The notes: generated from the letters alone by a model not told the origin. A stretch of DNA of 64,000 bases from Candidatus Multivoradales bacterium (GCA_965223855.1 CBDCXM010000009.1:2816001-2880000), one strand, 5' to 3'; positions 1 through 9,590 are shown, counted from the stretch's first letter. Made by a program: numbers and translations.

Positions 1-50
1 TGTAGCTATGGGACTTTGCCACCGAATCGTCAAAGGTCGGCGGGGTCCCC

Positions 51-59
51 TGCTACAGT
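51..59 (+). promoter_or_regulatory. Putative extended -10 promoter (TGcTACAGT) for the 107-3445 operon
   Basis: TGnTAnnnT at 51-59; SD-like GGAGGA about 8 nt before ATG 107. Confidence 0.35.
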
Positions 60-106
60 AGCGAGTTCAGGCTCAACGACCGACTTGGACCCTGGAGGAC
101 CCGCCG

Positions 107-1006
107 ATGGCATCTCGCGCGAAGTTTCTGGAAGCGTTGACGATCGCGACACTGGTCGCCTTCGTGGGCGCCGCCGCCGCGTGGGGGCAGAGTTCCCCAC
201 CGCCCAAACCGAAGACGAAGTCGACGACCCAGACTCAGTCCAAGGCGCCCCCGCCGAAGCCGAAGCGGGTCGGTCCGACGCCGGTCTACGTGCCTCCTGC
301 GGTACTCATCCTGTCCGCCGACATGGACTGCGCGGTCGAACTCGACGGCGAGGAGCTGCTGCTGCTGCGCAAAGACGACGTTCAGGAGGTACCGAAGCTC
401 CCGTCGGGCGAGCACCTGTTGCAGGCCTACCCGCTCGGCATCGAGGACGGACCCACCTGGAAGCAGTCGATCAAGATCCCCGAGACCGGAACCGTCGTGG
501 CGACGATCGAGCTCAAGGAGCTGGTCGCCGAATGGGAGGAGGAGACCGAGAACGTCGATCGCTTCCAGGAGCGCGACAAGACGGTGTACGACAAGGACAC
601 CGGCTTCATCTGGACCCGCTCGGTGTCGCCCGAGATGCGCTGGACCGACGCGGTCGGCTACTGCCAGCGCCAGCAGCCCGACGGCGTAGGGGGCTGGACG
701 CTGCCGTCGCTCGACGACCTGTCGAAGCTCCACTATCCGGACCATCCCTCTCCAAGGCAGGAGACGGCACGTTCCGAGGGGGGCCGCAGTCTGCTCGGGA
801 TCAAGCGTCGCGGAGAGATGCAGGTCCTCCCGAGGCTCATCTTCGAGGTCTTCGACCACAACTCCGTCTCCTCGCTCTGGGTGAAGGGGTCGGACGATCG
901 TGTGAGTTGCAGCTTCCTCGGTGAGTTCAACTGCCGCATCGAATCGAAGAAGCACACCGGGTCGGTGTTCTGCGTGCGGCCCGCACAGGAAGGACTGGAC
1001 TTTTGA
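107..1006 (+). CDS. Secreted protein with Pro/Lys linker, PEGA-like beta domain and C-terminal DUF1566 (Lcl C-terminal)-like domain
   Basis: Signal peptide (..AAAAWG/Q). DUF1566-like pattern 'RF..DKTVYDKDTGFIWTR...MRWTDAVGYC...GGWTLPSLDDL...VFCVR'. Confidence 0.75.
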   Translation: MASRAKFLEALTIATLVAFVGAAAAWGQSSPPPKPKTKSTTQTQSKAPPPKPKRVGPTPVYVPPAVLILSADMDCAVELDGEELLLLRKDDVQEVPKLPSGEHLLQAYPLGIEDGPTWKQSIKIPETGTVVATIELKELVAEWEEETENVDRFQERDKTVYDKDTGFIWTRSVSPEMRWTDAVGYCQRQQPDGVGGWTLPSLDDLSKLHYPDHPSPRQETARSEGGRSLLGIKRRGEMQVLPRLIFEVFDHNSVSSLWVKGSDDRVSCSFLGEFNCRIESKKHTGSVFCVRPAQEGLDF

Positions 1007-1536
1007 GCGACGCCGGACTCCCGAAGATCACCATGATGATCTCGTTCGTCGCGATCCTGTTCGCCGGCGCTCTGGCGTACGTGATCATGACCTGGGCGGA
1101 CGCCAACGCCGCGAAGGCGGAGGCACAGCTGATCATCGACGACGAGGTGCTGGTCCAGGAGGAACAGGTCGCCGGCGAACTGAAGGTGTTCGAGGACCAG
1201 CTCGCGGCGCTCAAGGAGCGGGCCGGCGTGCTGGTGCGCGGCAAGATGGCGGTCTGCAACAACTCGACGGGGACGATCACCGTGTCGCTGCTGGCCGCGA
1301 CCTACCTCAACGATGCCGGCGAGTTCGAAACCTTCAACAGTGAGGGGTTCGGCCGCCAGTTGTGGCGCATCCCCGCCGGCGAGAAGCAGCTCCTGACCTA
1401 CTCTCAGGGCTCCACGAACTGGGACGGCGACGTCGGGTACTACTCGATGTGGCTGGAAGCAGGCGGGCAGGAGTACCCGTTCGCCGGCACCTGGCCCTCC
1501 GATTCCGAGTACTGCGTGCGCTGGACGGGTGCCTGA
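1003..1536 (+). CDS. Bitopic membrane protein: TM, coiled coil, and an unnamed Cys-bracketed C-terminal domain paralogous to the C-terminus of the next gene
   Basis: TTG start overlapping the upstream stop; hydrophobic N-terminus; C-terminal ~95 aa align by eye with the 3143-3445 domain. Confidence 0.75.
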   Translation: MSDAGLPKITMMISFVAILFAGALAYVIMTWADANAAKAEAQLIIDDEVLVQEEQVAGELKVFEDQLAALKERAGVLVRGKMAVCNNSTGTITVSLLAATYLNDAGEFETFNSEGFGRQLWRIPAGEKQLLTYSQGSTNWDGDVGYYSMWLEAGGQEYPFAGTWPSDSEYCVRWTGA

Positions 1537-3445
1537 GGTGGCGGCTTTCAAGTACGCCTTCGACCGTGGTGGCACTCCGGTCGAGCTCAAGCCGGGCGAG
1601 ACGCTGATCGGTAGCGATCAGGACTGCGCGATTCGCATCGAGGGGACCGAGGCCGTGCAGGCTTCCGTCCGGATCGAGGGCGACGAGGTTTCGATCGAGA
1701 GCCGAGGCACCCAGGAGGACATCCGCATCAACGATCTCCCGGCGCGTGTCGCCGAGCTGTCGCCCGGCGACGACGTTCGCTTCGGAGAAGCCCGCCTGAC
1801 GCTCGAGAAGGGAGATTCGGGGCTCACGCTCAGCGGACCGGCGGGGAGCTTCCCACTCTCCGACGGGGAGAATCCGGTCGGACGCTCGCCCGAGGGCAAG
1901 GTCGTGCTCAACGACGGCTCGGTCAGCCGCGATCACGCGATCATCGTGGTGCTTCCGGGCCTGCGGGTGCTGATGCGGGATCTGAGGTCCTCGAACGGCA
2001 CCTTCGTCGGGGACCGCCGGTTGGGCGAGGCTCAGCTCAAGACCGGAGACACGGTGGAAATCGGCAAGGAGAAGCTGACCTTCGTCGCGACCCAGTTGCC
2101 GGGGGCCGCCGCCCAGCCGGCCGCGTCCTCGGGACCGAAGGAGTTCAAGCTCCTCGTCGGTACGGAGCTCAGGCCGCTGTCGCCCGGCCGCTACTCGATC
2201 GGCCGCTCGGCCGACCGGGACATCACGGTTGAGGACAACGAGGTCAGCGGCAATCATGCCGAGATCGTCGTCACCGCCGATGCCGCTCGCCTGCGCGACG
2301 TCGGGTCGAGCAACGGCACCCGTGTCAACGGACAGCAGATCTCGGGCGAAGTCGTCCTCAAGGACGGGGACACGATCTCGATGGGCCGCTCGGACCTCAT
2401 GTTCACGGCGCCGGTGGGCGACGCCGGTCTCGACAAGACGGTGCTCTCCGGCTCCCTGCCCGACCTCGGCAAGACGGTGGTCTCGGGAGGGGCGGGAGCC
2501 CCCGCGATGCCGCCGCCGCCGGCGAAGGCGACGCCGGATTCGCCGCTCGCGCTTCTCGATCTTCAGCCGGGAGCGTCGCAGGAGGCGATTCAGAAGAAGT
2601 TCCAGGAGCTCTACTCCGAGTACCAGATCCGGCTGACCAACGCCCCGACTCCTGATCTCAAGAACAAGTTCCAGCAGAAGCTCGAGGAGCTCCAGGCGGC
2701 CAGGGACAAGCTGATCGCGCCGGCCGCCGCAGGCGGCCTCGACCTGCCGGCGGCCGAGCCCGTTCACGGTAGCGCGGCTCCAGAGCCGCCGCCGGCGCCC
2801 GAGCCGGCTCCTGAGCCGGCGCCGCCGGCCGCGTCGAAGGGGCGCAAGAAGAAGGCGAAGCCGAAGAAGGCGGCAGCCGCCAAGGCGCCGAAGCAGGCCC
2901 CTGCCGAGCCCGGAGAGCGTTTCCCGGCTTCGGCGAAGGTCATGGCGGTGATCAGCCTGGTCGCCATTCTCGCGACGGCGGGACTGTGGGTCTTCAGTCG
3001 CTCGGCGATCACCGCCTCCGCCGACAAGGTGCAGGAGCTGGCGGATCTCCAGGCCAGTATCGTCGCCATGCAGGAGCGCATCCCGCAGGCCGAGCAGGAG
3101 ATCCTCGAGCTCCAGGAAGGGAAGATGTCGCTGCTCGAGAACAGCGAGTTCAAGATCTGCAACCTGTCGTCGGCGAGCGTGTGGGTCGTCTGGCTGCATT
3201 CGACCTATGTCAGCGACGACGGCAAGTTCCAGAGCTTCGACAGCGCCTTCTTCGACTATGAGACGTGGGAAGTGCCGGCCGGCGGCACGGTGAAGTTCGG
3301 CTACGTCAAGGACGACCAGGTCGTGTGGGACGGTTCGACCGTCTTCTTCACGGTCCTGATGCAGTACCGGGGCAAAGAGATCTTCCGCTCAGGAGCCTGG
3401 AGCGGGATCGGTAGCGACTGCTACAACCTCGCGCTCGACAACTGA
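1529..3445 (+). CDS. Triple-FHA protein with J-domain-like helical hairpin, Pro/Ala/Lys linker, TM, coiled coil and periplasmic C-terminal domain
   Basis: FHA motifs 'VGRSPE..VSRDHA..DLRSSNGTFV' and 'IGRSAD..VSGNHA..DVGSSNGTRVNG'; first FHA degenerate (IGSDQDC); TM 'VMAVISLVAILATAGLWVF'. Confidence 0.85.
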   Translation: MPEVAAFKYAFDRGGTPVELKPGETLIGSDQDCAIRIEGTEAVQASVRIEGDEVSIESRGTQEDIRINDLPARVAELSPGDDVRFGEARLTLEKGDSGLTLSGPAGSFPLSDGENPVGRSPEGKVVLNDGSVSRDHAIIVVLPGLRVLMRDLRSSNGTFVGDRRLGEAQLKTGDTVEIGKEKLTFVATQLPGAAAQPAASSGPKEFKLLVGTELRPLSPGRYSIGRSADRDITVEDNEVSGNHAEIVVTADAARLRDVGSSNGTRVNGQQISGEVVLKDGDTISMGRSDLMFTAPVGDAGLDKTVLSGSLPDLGKTVVSGGAGAPAMPPPPAKATPDSPLALLDLQPGASQEAIQKKFQELYSEYQIRLTNAPTPDLKNKFQQKLEELQAARDKLIAPAAAGGLDLPAAEPVHGSAAPEPPPAPEPAPEPAPPAASKGRKKKAKPKKAAAAKAPKQAPAEPGERFPASAKVMAVISLVAILATAGLWVFSRSAITASADKVQELADLQASIVAMQERIPQAEQEILELQEGKMSLLENSEFKICNLSSASVWVVWLHSTYVSDDGKFQSFDSAFFDYETWEVPAGGTVKFGYVKDDQVVWDGSTVFFTVLMQYRGKEIFRSGAWSGIGSDCYNLALDN

Positions 3446-3554
3446 TCGAGCGCGAAGCACGGTGACGGCGGGCGGAAGCTCGCACAACCGCAGATGCGCC
3501 ACAGTGGATGTAACGGGCGCCCATTCCGGGCGCCGGTATCGGCGTGGGGGAATC

Positions 3555-6500
3555 ATGAGGAACCTGTTTTCGTGCTCTGCAAGCGTGGGTTTGTGGACGT
3601 GTTCGTTCCTGGCACTGCTGCTGGTCGGTAGTGCACCGGCGGCTGCGGGTGAGTTCTTCTTCGTGTCGAACCCGAGCGTCGCCGAGGGCGACAGCGGCTC
3701 GGTCGATGCCGTCTTCACCGTGTCTCTCCTTCCACCCCGGCTCGAGGGGTGCGGGATCGAGAGCTTCCGCTACGCGACGGTGGACGTGACGGCCACGGCC
3801 GGCATCGACTACGGCGCGACGTCGGGCGCATTCACTCTCGACGGCTGTGATCCGGACACGCCGATCGACATTCCGGTGCCGGTCTTCGGAGACGTCGTCG
3901 ACGAGGGGGTGAGCGAGACCTTCCTCTTCAGGGTCACGTACGTCGAGACAGGGACCGAATTCGACGGTACGGGGACGATCGTCGACGACGATGCCGCAAC
4001 GATCTCGATCGCGGACAGCTTTCTCACCGAGGGAGACAACGGCACGCGGGACATGGTCTTCACGGTGTCGATGACCTCACCGTTCGATCTCGATGTCCCC
4101 ATCGATTTCGCGACCGCGGACGGAACGGCGACGGCGCCGGCGGACTACCGCGCAACCTCGGGTCGAATCATTCTGGCGTCGGGAGCGACGAGCGTCGACA
4201 TCGTGATTCCGGTCGAGGGAGAGCTGTTGGTCGAGGCTGACGAAACCTTCGCCGTCGACATCGCCCTCGGCCCGGGCGGTCCATTCCCACCGATCGTCGA
4301 TGCCCAGGGGATCGGGACGATCGTCGACGACGATTCGGTCGAGGTCTCGATCGCCGACACCACTGTGGTGGAGGGGGACAGTGGAACGACCGACGCCCTC
4401 TTCACGGTCTCCCTCTCGGGCCTGTCGGCGGAGTCGGTCTTCGTCGACTATCGGACCTCGAACGGTACCGGAAAGGCCGCCAGCGACTACCGCGCCACCT
4501 CGGGACGGATCTCGATCGCCCCCGGCGACTCGTCGGCGACGATCTCGGTGCCGGTCTTCGGCGATCTCGAGCCGGAGGGGGACGAGAGCTTCTTCGTCGA
4601 TCTGAGCGGCGCCGTCGGTGCATCGCTCGCCCGGACGAGGGGGGTAGCGACGATCGTCGATGATGACGGCGGCTCCATTCTCTCGCTGCTCGCCCCCGGG
4701 ACCGTTTCCGAGGGTGGCGGAGCGGCGACTCTCGTCGTCGAGCGGACGGGAGATCTCACTCAGGCCGCTTCGGTGGTCGTCGATGCGGCCGCCGGAACGG
4801 CCACCGCCGGCCAGGACTTCACGGCCACGACCGAGACGCTCGTCTGGGGAGCCGGGGTTGGAGGGACCCGAACGCTCGAGTTGCCGATTCTCGACGACAA
4901 CGAGATCGAGGGGAGCGAGTCCGTGGTGGTCACGCTCTCACAGCCGGCCGGAGCGGCCCTCGGAACCTCGACGGGCGAGCTGACGATCAACGACGACGAC
5001 GAGCCGCAGCAGGTCCAGATCGTCGGCGATCCGGTGCAGGTGACGACGGTGGAGGAGACGGCCGAGCTCACGGTCCGGGTTCTCGATACGGCCGGCGAGC
5101 CGATCCAGGGAGCGACGGTGGAATGGTCGGTCGATGGCGACGCGAGGCTCCTGGGCGAGCCGGTCGATGCGACCGACTCCCAGGGGGAGAGTCGCCAGTC
5201 GGTCGAGCTCGGAGAGGTCCCGGGCCGGGTCGTGGTGACCGCCACTCTGACCTCGACCGGACAGTCGATCCAGTTCGATCTGACGGCCGAGGGAAACCTC
5301 AGAAGGCTCTTTCCGTCGAGCGGCCTTCCGACCGGCGAAGCGTCGGTGGCAGGAGTTCTCGATCTGGCCTGTATCGATGCGACCGGGCAGTTCGGCAGCT
5401 TCTGCGACTACCTCTTCACGTTGCCGGGCCCGGGCGACCAGCTGGCGGTACTCGGTGAGGTGACACCCGAAGAGACGCCGGCGCAGGCGACGATCAGCAT
5501 GGAGTCGGCACAGACTCAGCTCGGCAACATCACCGCGCGCCTCAAGGCCCTTCACGGCGCGGGCACGCGGCAGGCGATCGACCAGTTGGCGCTGACGATC
5601 AACGGCCGTTCGGTGCCGTGGCAGGCGATCGTCGCGGCGATGGCTCCGGCGAAGGAGTTCGAGCTTCCGGACTTTGCGGCCGAGCTGGCGCCGCAGGACG
5701 ATGCCGGGGACTCCGGAGCGGCCACGGGGCCGATCGACGTCGATGCCGACGCCGCGCCCAGGCTCGGGTTCTTCGTCAACGGCAGGATCTCCATGGGCTC
5801 GCGCGACGAGACGTCCTCGGAAGAAGGCTTCGACGTGGACTCGAGCGGGATCACCACGGGGATCGACTATCGGGTCAGCGATCGGTTCATCGTCGGCGGA
5901 GCGCTCGGCTTCCTGGACACCGACCTCGAACTGGTTCGCGACGGCGGAGCGCTCGACGCCGAGGGGTACTCGCTGGCGGTCTACTCGACCTACTTCCGCG
6001 ACCGCTTCTACCTCGACACGATCGCCGCCATCGGGCGCAACGACTACGAGATCTCACGCCATGTCGACCTCGGGATCCCCTTCCAGGGGAGGAATCGCTG
6101 GATCTCCCGGGCCACTCCTTCGAGCGATCAGCTTTCGCTCGCTCTGTCGAGCGGTTTCGACCGCGTCGTCGGAGCGAGCACCGTCTCGCTGTTCGCCGGC
6201 GCTTCGTACGTCGAGGCGCAGATCGACGAGTACCGCGAGTCCGGCGGCGGGCCGTTCGACCTCATCCTTCGGCAGCAGGACGTGACTTCGCTTCTTTCCT
6301 CCGGGGGCCTCGAGTGGAACTACGCCTCGAGCCGCGACTGGGGGATCCTGCAGCCGACGGTACGGGCAACCTACCTCCACGAGTTCGATGACGACTCACG
6401 GCTGATTCGTGGCCGCTTCGTCGGCGACGTGACCGCCGGTGAGTTCGTGCTGGCGACCGACACCCCGGACAGGGACTACTTCAACCTCGGCGCTGGACTC

Positions 6501-6611
6501 ACGTTCGTGCTGCCGAAAGGACGCTCGATCTTCGTCTACTATGACGCCGATCTGGAGCGCTCGGACCTCGACCTCTACACGCTCTCATTCGGCGCGCGGT
6601 GGGAGTTCTGA
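3555..6611 (+). CDS. Autotransporter adhesin: four Calx-beta repeats, an Ig-like (Big_1-like) domain and a C-terminal autotransporter beta-barrel
   Basis: Repeated 'EGDSG..F.VSL....V.Y.T.DGTA....DY...SG......I.VPV.GD...E.DE.F....G.GTIVDDD'; barrel ending 'FGARWEF'; ATG 3555 preferred because a signal peptide follows (ORF opens at 3462). Confidence 0.88.
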   Translation: MRNLFSCSASVGLWTCSFLALLLVGSAPAAAGEFFFVSNPSVAEGDSGSVDAVFTVSLLPPRLEGCGIESFRYATVDVTATAGIDYGATSGAFTLDGCDPDTPIDIPVPVFGDVVDEGVSETFLFRVTYVETGTEFDGTGTIVDDDAATISIADSFLTEGDNGTRDMVFTVSMTSPFDLDVPIDFATADGTATAPADYRATSGRIILASGATSVDIVIPVEGELLVEADETFAVDIALGPGGPFPPIVDAQGIGTIVDDDSVEVSIADTTVVEGDSGTTDALFTVSLSGLSAESVFVDYRTSNGTGKAASDYRATSGRISIAPGDSSATISVPVFGDLEPEGDESFFVDLSGAVGASLARTRGVATIVDDDGGSILSLLAPGTVSEGGGAATLVVERTGDLTQAASVVVDAAAGTATAGQDFTATTETLVWGAGVGGTRTLELPILDDNEIEGSESVVVTLSQPAGAALGTSTGELTINDDDEPQQVQIVGDPVQVTTVEETAELTVRVLDTAGEPIQGATVEWSVDGDARLLGEPVDATDSQGESRQSVELGEVPGRVVVTATLTSTGQSIQFDLTAEGNLRRLFPSSGLPTGEASVAGVLDLACIDATGQFGSFCDYLFTLPGPGDQLAVLGEVTPEETPAQATISMESAQTQLGNITARLKALHGAGTRQAIDQLALTINGRSVPWQAIVAAMAPAKEFELPDFAAELAPQDDAGDSGAATGPIDVDADAAPRLGFFVNGRISMGSRDETSSEEGFDVDSSGITTGIDYRVSDRFIVGGALGFLDTDLELVRDGGALDAEGYSLAVYSTYFRDRFYLDTIAAIGRNDYEISRHVDLGIPFQGRNRWISRATPSSDQLSLALSSGFDRVVGASTVSLFAGASYVEAQIDEYRESGGGPFDLILRQQDVTSLLSSGGLEWNYASSRDWGILQPTVRATYLHEFDDDSRLIRGRFVGDVTAGEFVLATDTPDRDYFNLGAGLTFVLPKGRSIFVYYDADLERSDLDLYTLSFGARWEF

Positions 6612-6643
6612 CGCAGCGGATCGACGGAGCGAGCGGGCCGGCT

Positions 6644-8353
6644 TCAGCCGGTCTCGCGCTTGAGCATCACCAGCGTCCGATCGTCGTGAAACGGCGTGCC
6701 GTCGGCGAAAGCGAGGAGCGCCTGGTCGACCGCATCCGAAATCTCGTCGAGAGGGCGATGAGCGTTCTCCTTCAGCAGGGCGATGAAGCGCTCGTCCTGG
6801 AACTGCTCGCCCGACGGGTTCTCCGCTTCGACGACGCCGTCGGTGAACATCGCGAGCAGATCGCCGGGCTCGAGCGTGACTTCACCGATCTCGTACTCGG
6901 CCCCGGGCACCATTCCGAGAGGGAACCCGGTCGCCTCGAGCTCCTCGACTTCGCCCGAAGTCCTGATGACGAGCGGCGGATTGTGTCCGCCGTTGACGAA
7001 GCGCACCGTGTTTTCGTTGGCGTTCGCCGCTACCATGAAGGCGGTCGCGAAGCGGTCGGGCGGCGTTCGCTGGTAGAGCGCCTGGTTCGCGCCCGCCATG
7101 ACGTCGGCGGGCGAAGTGATGCCGGCTTCGATCAGCGCCGAGCAGGTTGCCTCGAGAGAAGCTGCCAGAAGCGAGGCACCCATTCCCTTGCCACAGACGT
7201 CCACGATGAGCACCAGCGCTTCGTCCTCGAGCCCGGAGGCCTGGTAGTAGTCGCCGGAGACACCGCGCGACGCGTCGTTCTGCGCGGCGATCGAGAAGCC
7301 GTCGAGCTCGGGCAGCGACTTTGGAAGCAGCGACACCTGGAGCTTGCGGGCGAAGGCGAGCTCAGACTCGAGCTTTTCGCGCTCGGCGGCACTCTCCGCG
7401 AGGATCAGGTTGTGGAGACGCAGCGCCGTCACCGAGGCGAGCGCGGCGAGCAGTTCGAGATCCTCCTCGTCGAAGCTCTTGTGCTGGAGGCCGGAGCTGA
7501 GCGAGATCATGCCGAAGCACTCTTCCTCGTAGAGGAGGGGGGCAGCGCAGAGACTCTTCGCGCCGGAAGCGAGCAGACTCTTGGAATCGGCAAAGCGCTC
7601 GTCCGACTGAAGGTCGAAGGCGAGGGCCGCCTGGCCGCGCTCTACGACCTCGCGGACGAGCGTCTCCGACACCTTGTCGGGAGCGTCGTCGTCGGCGACC
7701 GAACGCCAGGCGCGAACTTCGAGGCCGTCGTCGCTGGACAGAAGCACCGTAGCCTCTTCCGGCTGCAGGTGCTCGAACGCTCCGTCGAGGACGAGCTCGA
7801 GCAGCTCGTCGACGGCGATCGACTCGCCGAGGGCGCGATGCAGCTCGGTGAGGAGCTTCAGGCGGTCGGCGTAGCGTTGCAGTGCGTCGTCGCCGGCGGC
7901 AGCGGGCGCCGGCTCGGCCGGCAGCAGCTCGGTCATCGGGCGAAGCATCGTGACGCCGTCTCCGCCAGCCGATGCCGGGTTCGCAGAGGGAGGTTGTGCC
8001 GCAGGAGGCTGAGCAGGAGGAGGGTCGGCCGGTTCCGCTTCGGGCTCTGCTGCGGGCTTCGGTACCGGCGGATGGATGCCGACTTCGGTTTGCGAGGCGC
8101 GGACGACGTCACCCGTCGTCACGGCGGTCGGGGCCTCGAGGCGCCGTCCGTTGAGGTACGTGCCGTTGCTGGAGCCGAGGTCCTCGACGAAGAGCGCGCC
8201 CTCGCTTTCGAAGAATCTCAGATGACGCCGGGAGAGGACGGCGTCGTTGATGACCAGATCACAATCCGGGGCTCGACCGAGTACGAGAGAGCCCCCCTCG
8301 AACGAGACGTCGCGTTCCGGCGCCTCGGCGGAAACCACCTTGAGCTGATACAT
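6644..8353 (-). CDS. FHA-GAF-SpoIIE/PP2C Ser/Thr phosphatase (RsbU-like)
   Basis: FHA 'LGRAPDCD..LSRRH..DLGSSNGTYLNG'; GAF; PP2C motifs 'VSGDYY','DVCGKG','FTDGVVEA','DDRT'; alternative ATG at 8362. Confidence 0.9.
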   Translation of the reverse strand: MYQLKVVSAEAPERDVSFEGGSLVLGRAPDCDLVINDAVLSRRHLRFFESEGALFVEDLGSSNGTYLNGRRLEAPTAVTTGDVVRASQTEVGIHPPVPKPAAEPEAEPADPPPAQPPAAQPPSANPASAGGDGVTMLRPMTELLPAEPAPAAAGDDALQRYADRLKLLTELHRALGESIAVDELLELVLDGAFEHLQPEEATVLLSSDDGLEVRAWRSVADDDAPDKVSETLVREVVERGQAALAFDLQSDERFADSKSLLASGAKSLCAAPLLYEEECFGMISLSSGLQHKSFDEEDLELLAALASVTALRLHNLILAESAAEREKLESELAFARKLQVSLLPKSLPELDGFSIAAQNDASRGVSGDYYQASGLEDEALVLIVDVCGKGMGASLLAASLEATCSALIEAGITSPADVMAGANQALYQRTPPDRFATAFMVAANANENTVRFVNGGHNPPLVIRTSGEVEELEATGFPLGMVPGAEYEIGEVTLEPGDLLAMFTDGVVEAENPSGEQFQDERFIALLKENAHRPLDEISDAVDQALLAFADGTPFHDDRTLVMLKRETG

Positions 8354-8474
8354 ATCGGCCATTCTAACGGCAGGAACTCCGCGTCACCTTCGGCGGCGCG
8401 GCCCAACGGTGTACGCTTTTTCTCGAATCTGCGCACACTTGGAATGCGGCATGGCGCCGCCTGAGGAGGGAACC

Positions 8475-9590
8475 ATGAGAGAACGCTCGCACACTTCGTA
8501 TCTTCTCGGTCTGTCGCTGCTGGTCTGCCTCGCGGCTTCGACCGGCTTCGCGCAGGAAGGCGATTCCGGCACTTTCGTCGTCGGTACCAAGGAGGCTCCG
8601 CCCTTCGCGATGAAGGACGCGGACGGCAACTGGAGCGGGATGAGCATCGAGCTGTGGGACCACATCGCGGGAGAGCTCGGCCTCGAGTACGAGCTGCGCG
8701 AGTACGACCTCGAAGGACTCCTGGAGGCCGTGCGGACCGGCGAGGTCGACGCCGGCGTCGCCGCACTCACCGCCACGGGGAAGCGCGAACTGGTGATGGA
8801 CTTCACTCACCCGTTCTACAACACCGGCCTCGGCATCGCGGTTGCGCCGCTCGAGCGGGAGAGCGCCCTGTGGTCGGGCATCAAGCGCTTCTTCTCGAGC
8901 CAGTTTCTCGGAGCGCTCGGCCTGCTGGCGGCGACCCTCCTGGTCGTCGGCTTTCTCGTGTGGGTCGTGGAGCGCAAGGCGAGCCCCGAGCAGTTCGGCG
9001 GCAGTCCGTTCAAGGGGATCTGGTCGGGATTCTGGTGGGCGGCGGTGACGATGACGACGGTCGGCTACGGCGACAAGGCGCCACGGACCGTCGCCGGTCG
9101 CATCCTCGCCCTCATCTGGATGTTCACCGCCATCGTCCTCATCGGCTCGTTCATCGCTGCCATGTCTTCGGCACTGACGGTCGGGCAGCTCGAGTCGCCG
9201 ATCCGCGGCCCGGAAGATCTGGTTCGCGCTCGCGTGGCGACCGTCTCCGGCTCGACCAGCGAGATCTACCTGCGCGATTCCCGCATCCCCTTCCGGCGCT
9301 ACGACTCCCTGCGCGACGCGCTCGACGCGGTGCGCGGCGGCAAGGAGGACGCGGCCGTCTATGACGCACCGCTGCTGCAGTTCGAGGTCAGCCGGCTGTC
9401 GGGCGTCCTCGAGGTGCTGCCCGGTACGTTCGACCGCCAGGACTACTGCATCGCCCTGCCCACCGGAAGCGAGCTGAGGGAGCCGATGAACCGCATTCTG
9501 CTGGCGGACTCGACCCGCTCGCTGTGGCGGGACATCGTCTTCCGGGTTCTGGAAGAGGCACCGGCACCGCCCCCGCGGCCCCAGAGCTAG
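8475..9590 (+). CDS. Prokaryotic ligand-gated K+ channel of GluR0 type (split periplasmic binding domain around a 2-TM K+ pore)
   Basis: Signal peptide; SBP_bac_3 S1 ('APPF..G.SIELW..T..RE..MDFTHPF'); M1; 'WWAAVTMTTVGYGD' filter; M2; S2 ('GSTSE','DAPLL'); SD GAGGAGG before ATG 8475. Confidence 0.9.
   Translation: MRERSHTSYLLGLSLLVCLAASTGFAQEGDSGTFVVGTKEAPPFAMKDADGNWSGMSIELWDHIAGELGLEYELREYDLEGLLEAVRTGEVDAGVAALTATGKRELVMDFTHPFYNTGLGIAVAPLERESALWSGIKRFFSSQFLGALGLLAATLLVVGFLVWVVERKASPEQFGGSPFKGIWSGFWWAAVTMTTVGYGDKAPRTVAGRILALIWMFTAIVLIGSFIAAMSSALTVGQLESPIRGPEDLVRARVATVSGSTSEIYLRDSRIPFRRYDSLRDALDAVRGGKEDAAVYDAPLLQFEVSRLSGVLEVLPGTFDRQDYCIALPTGSELREPMNRILLADSTRSLWRDIVFRVLEEAPAPPPRPQS

Noticed and set aside
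2780-2900. GAGCCGGC-type tandem DNA repeats
   Set aside because: They simply encode the low-complexity PEPAPEPA/KKA linker of the FHA protein.
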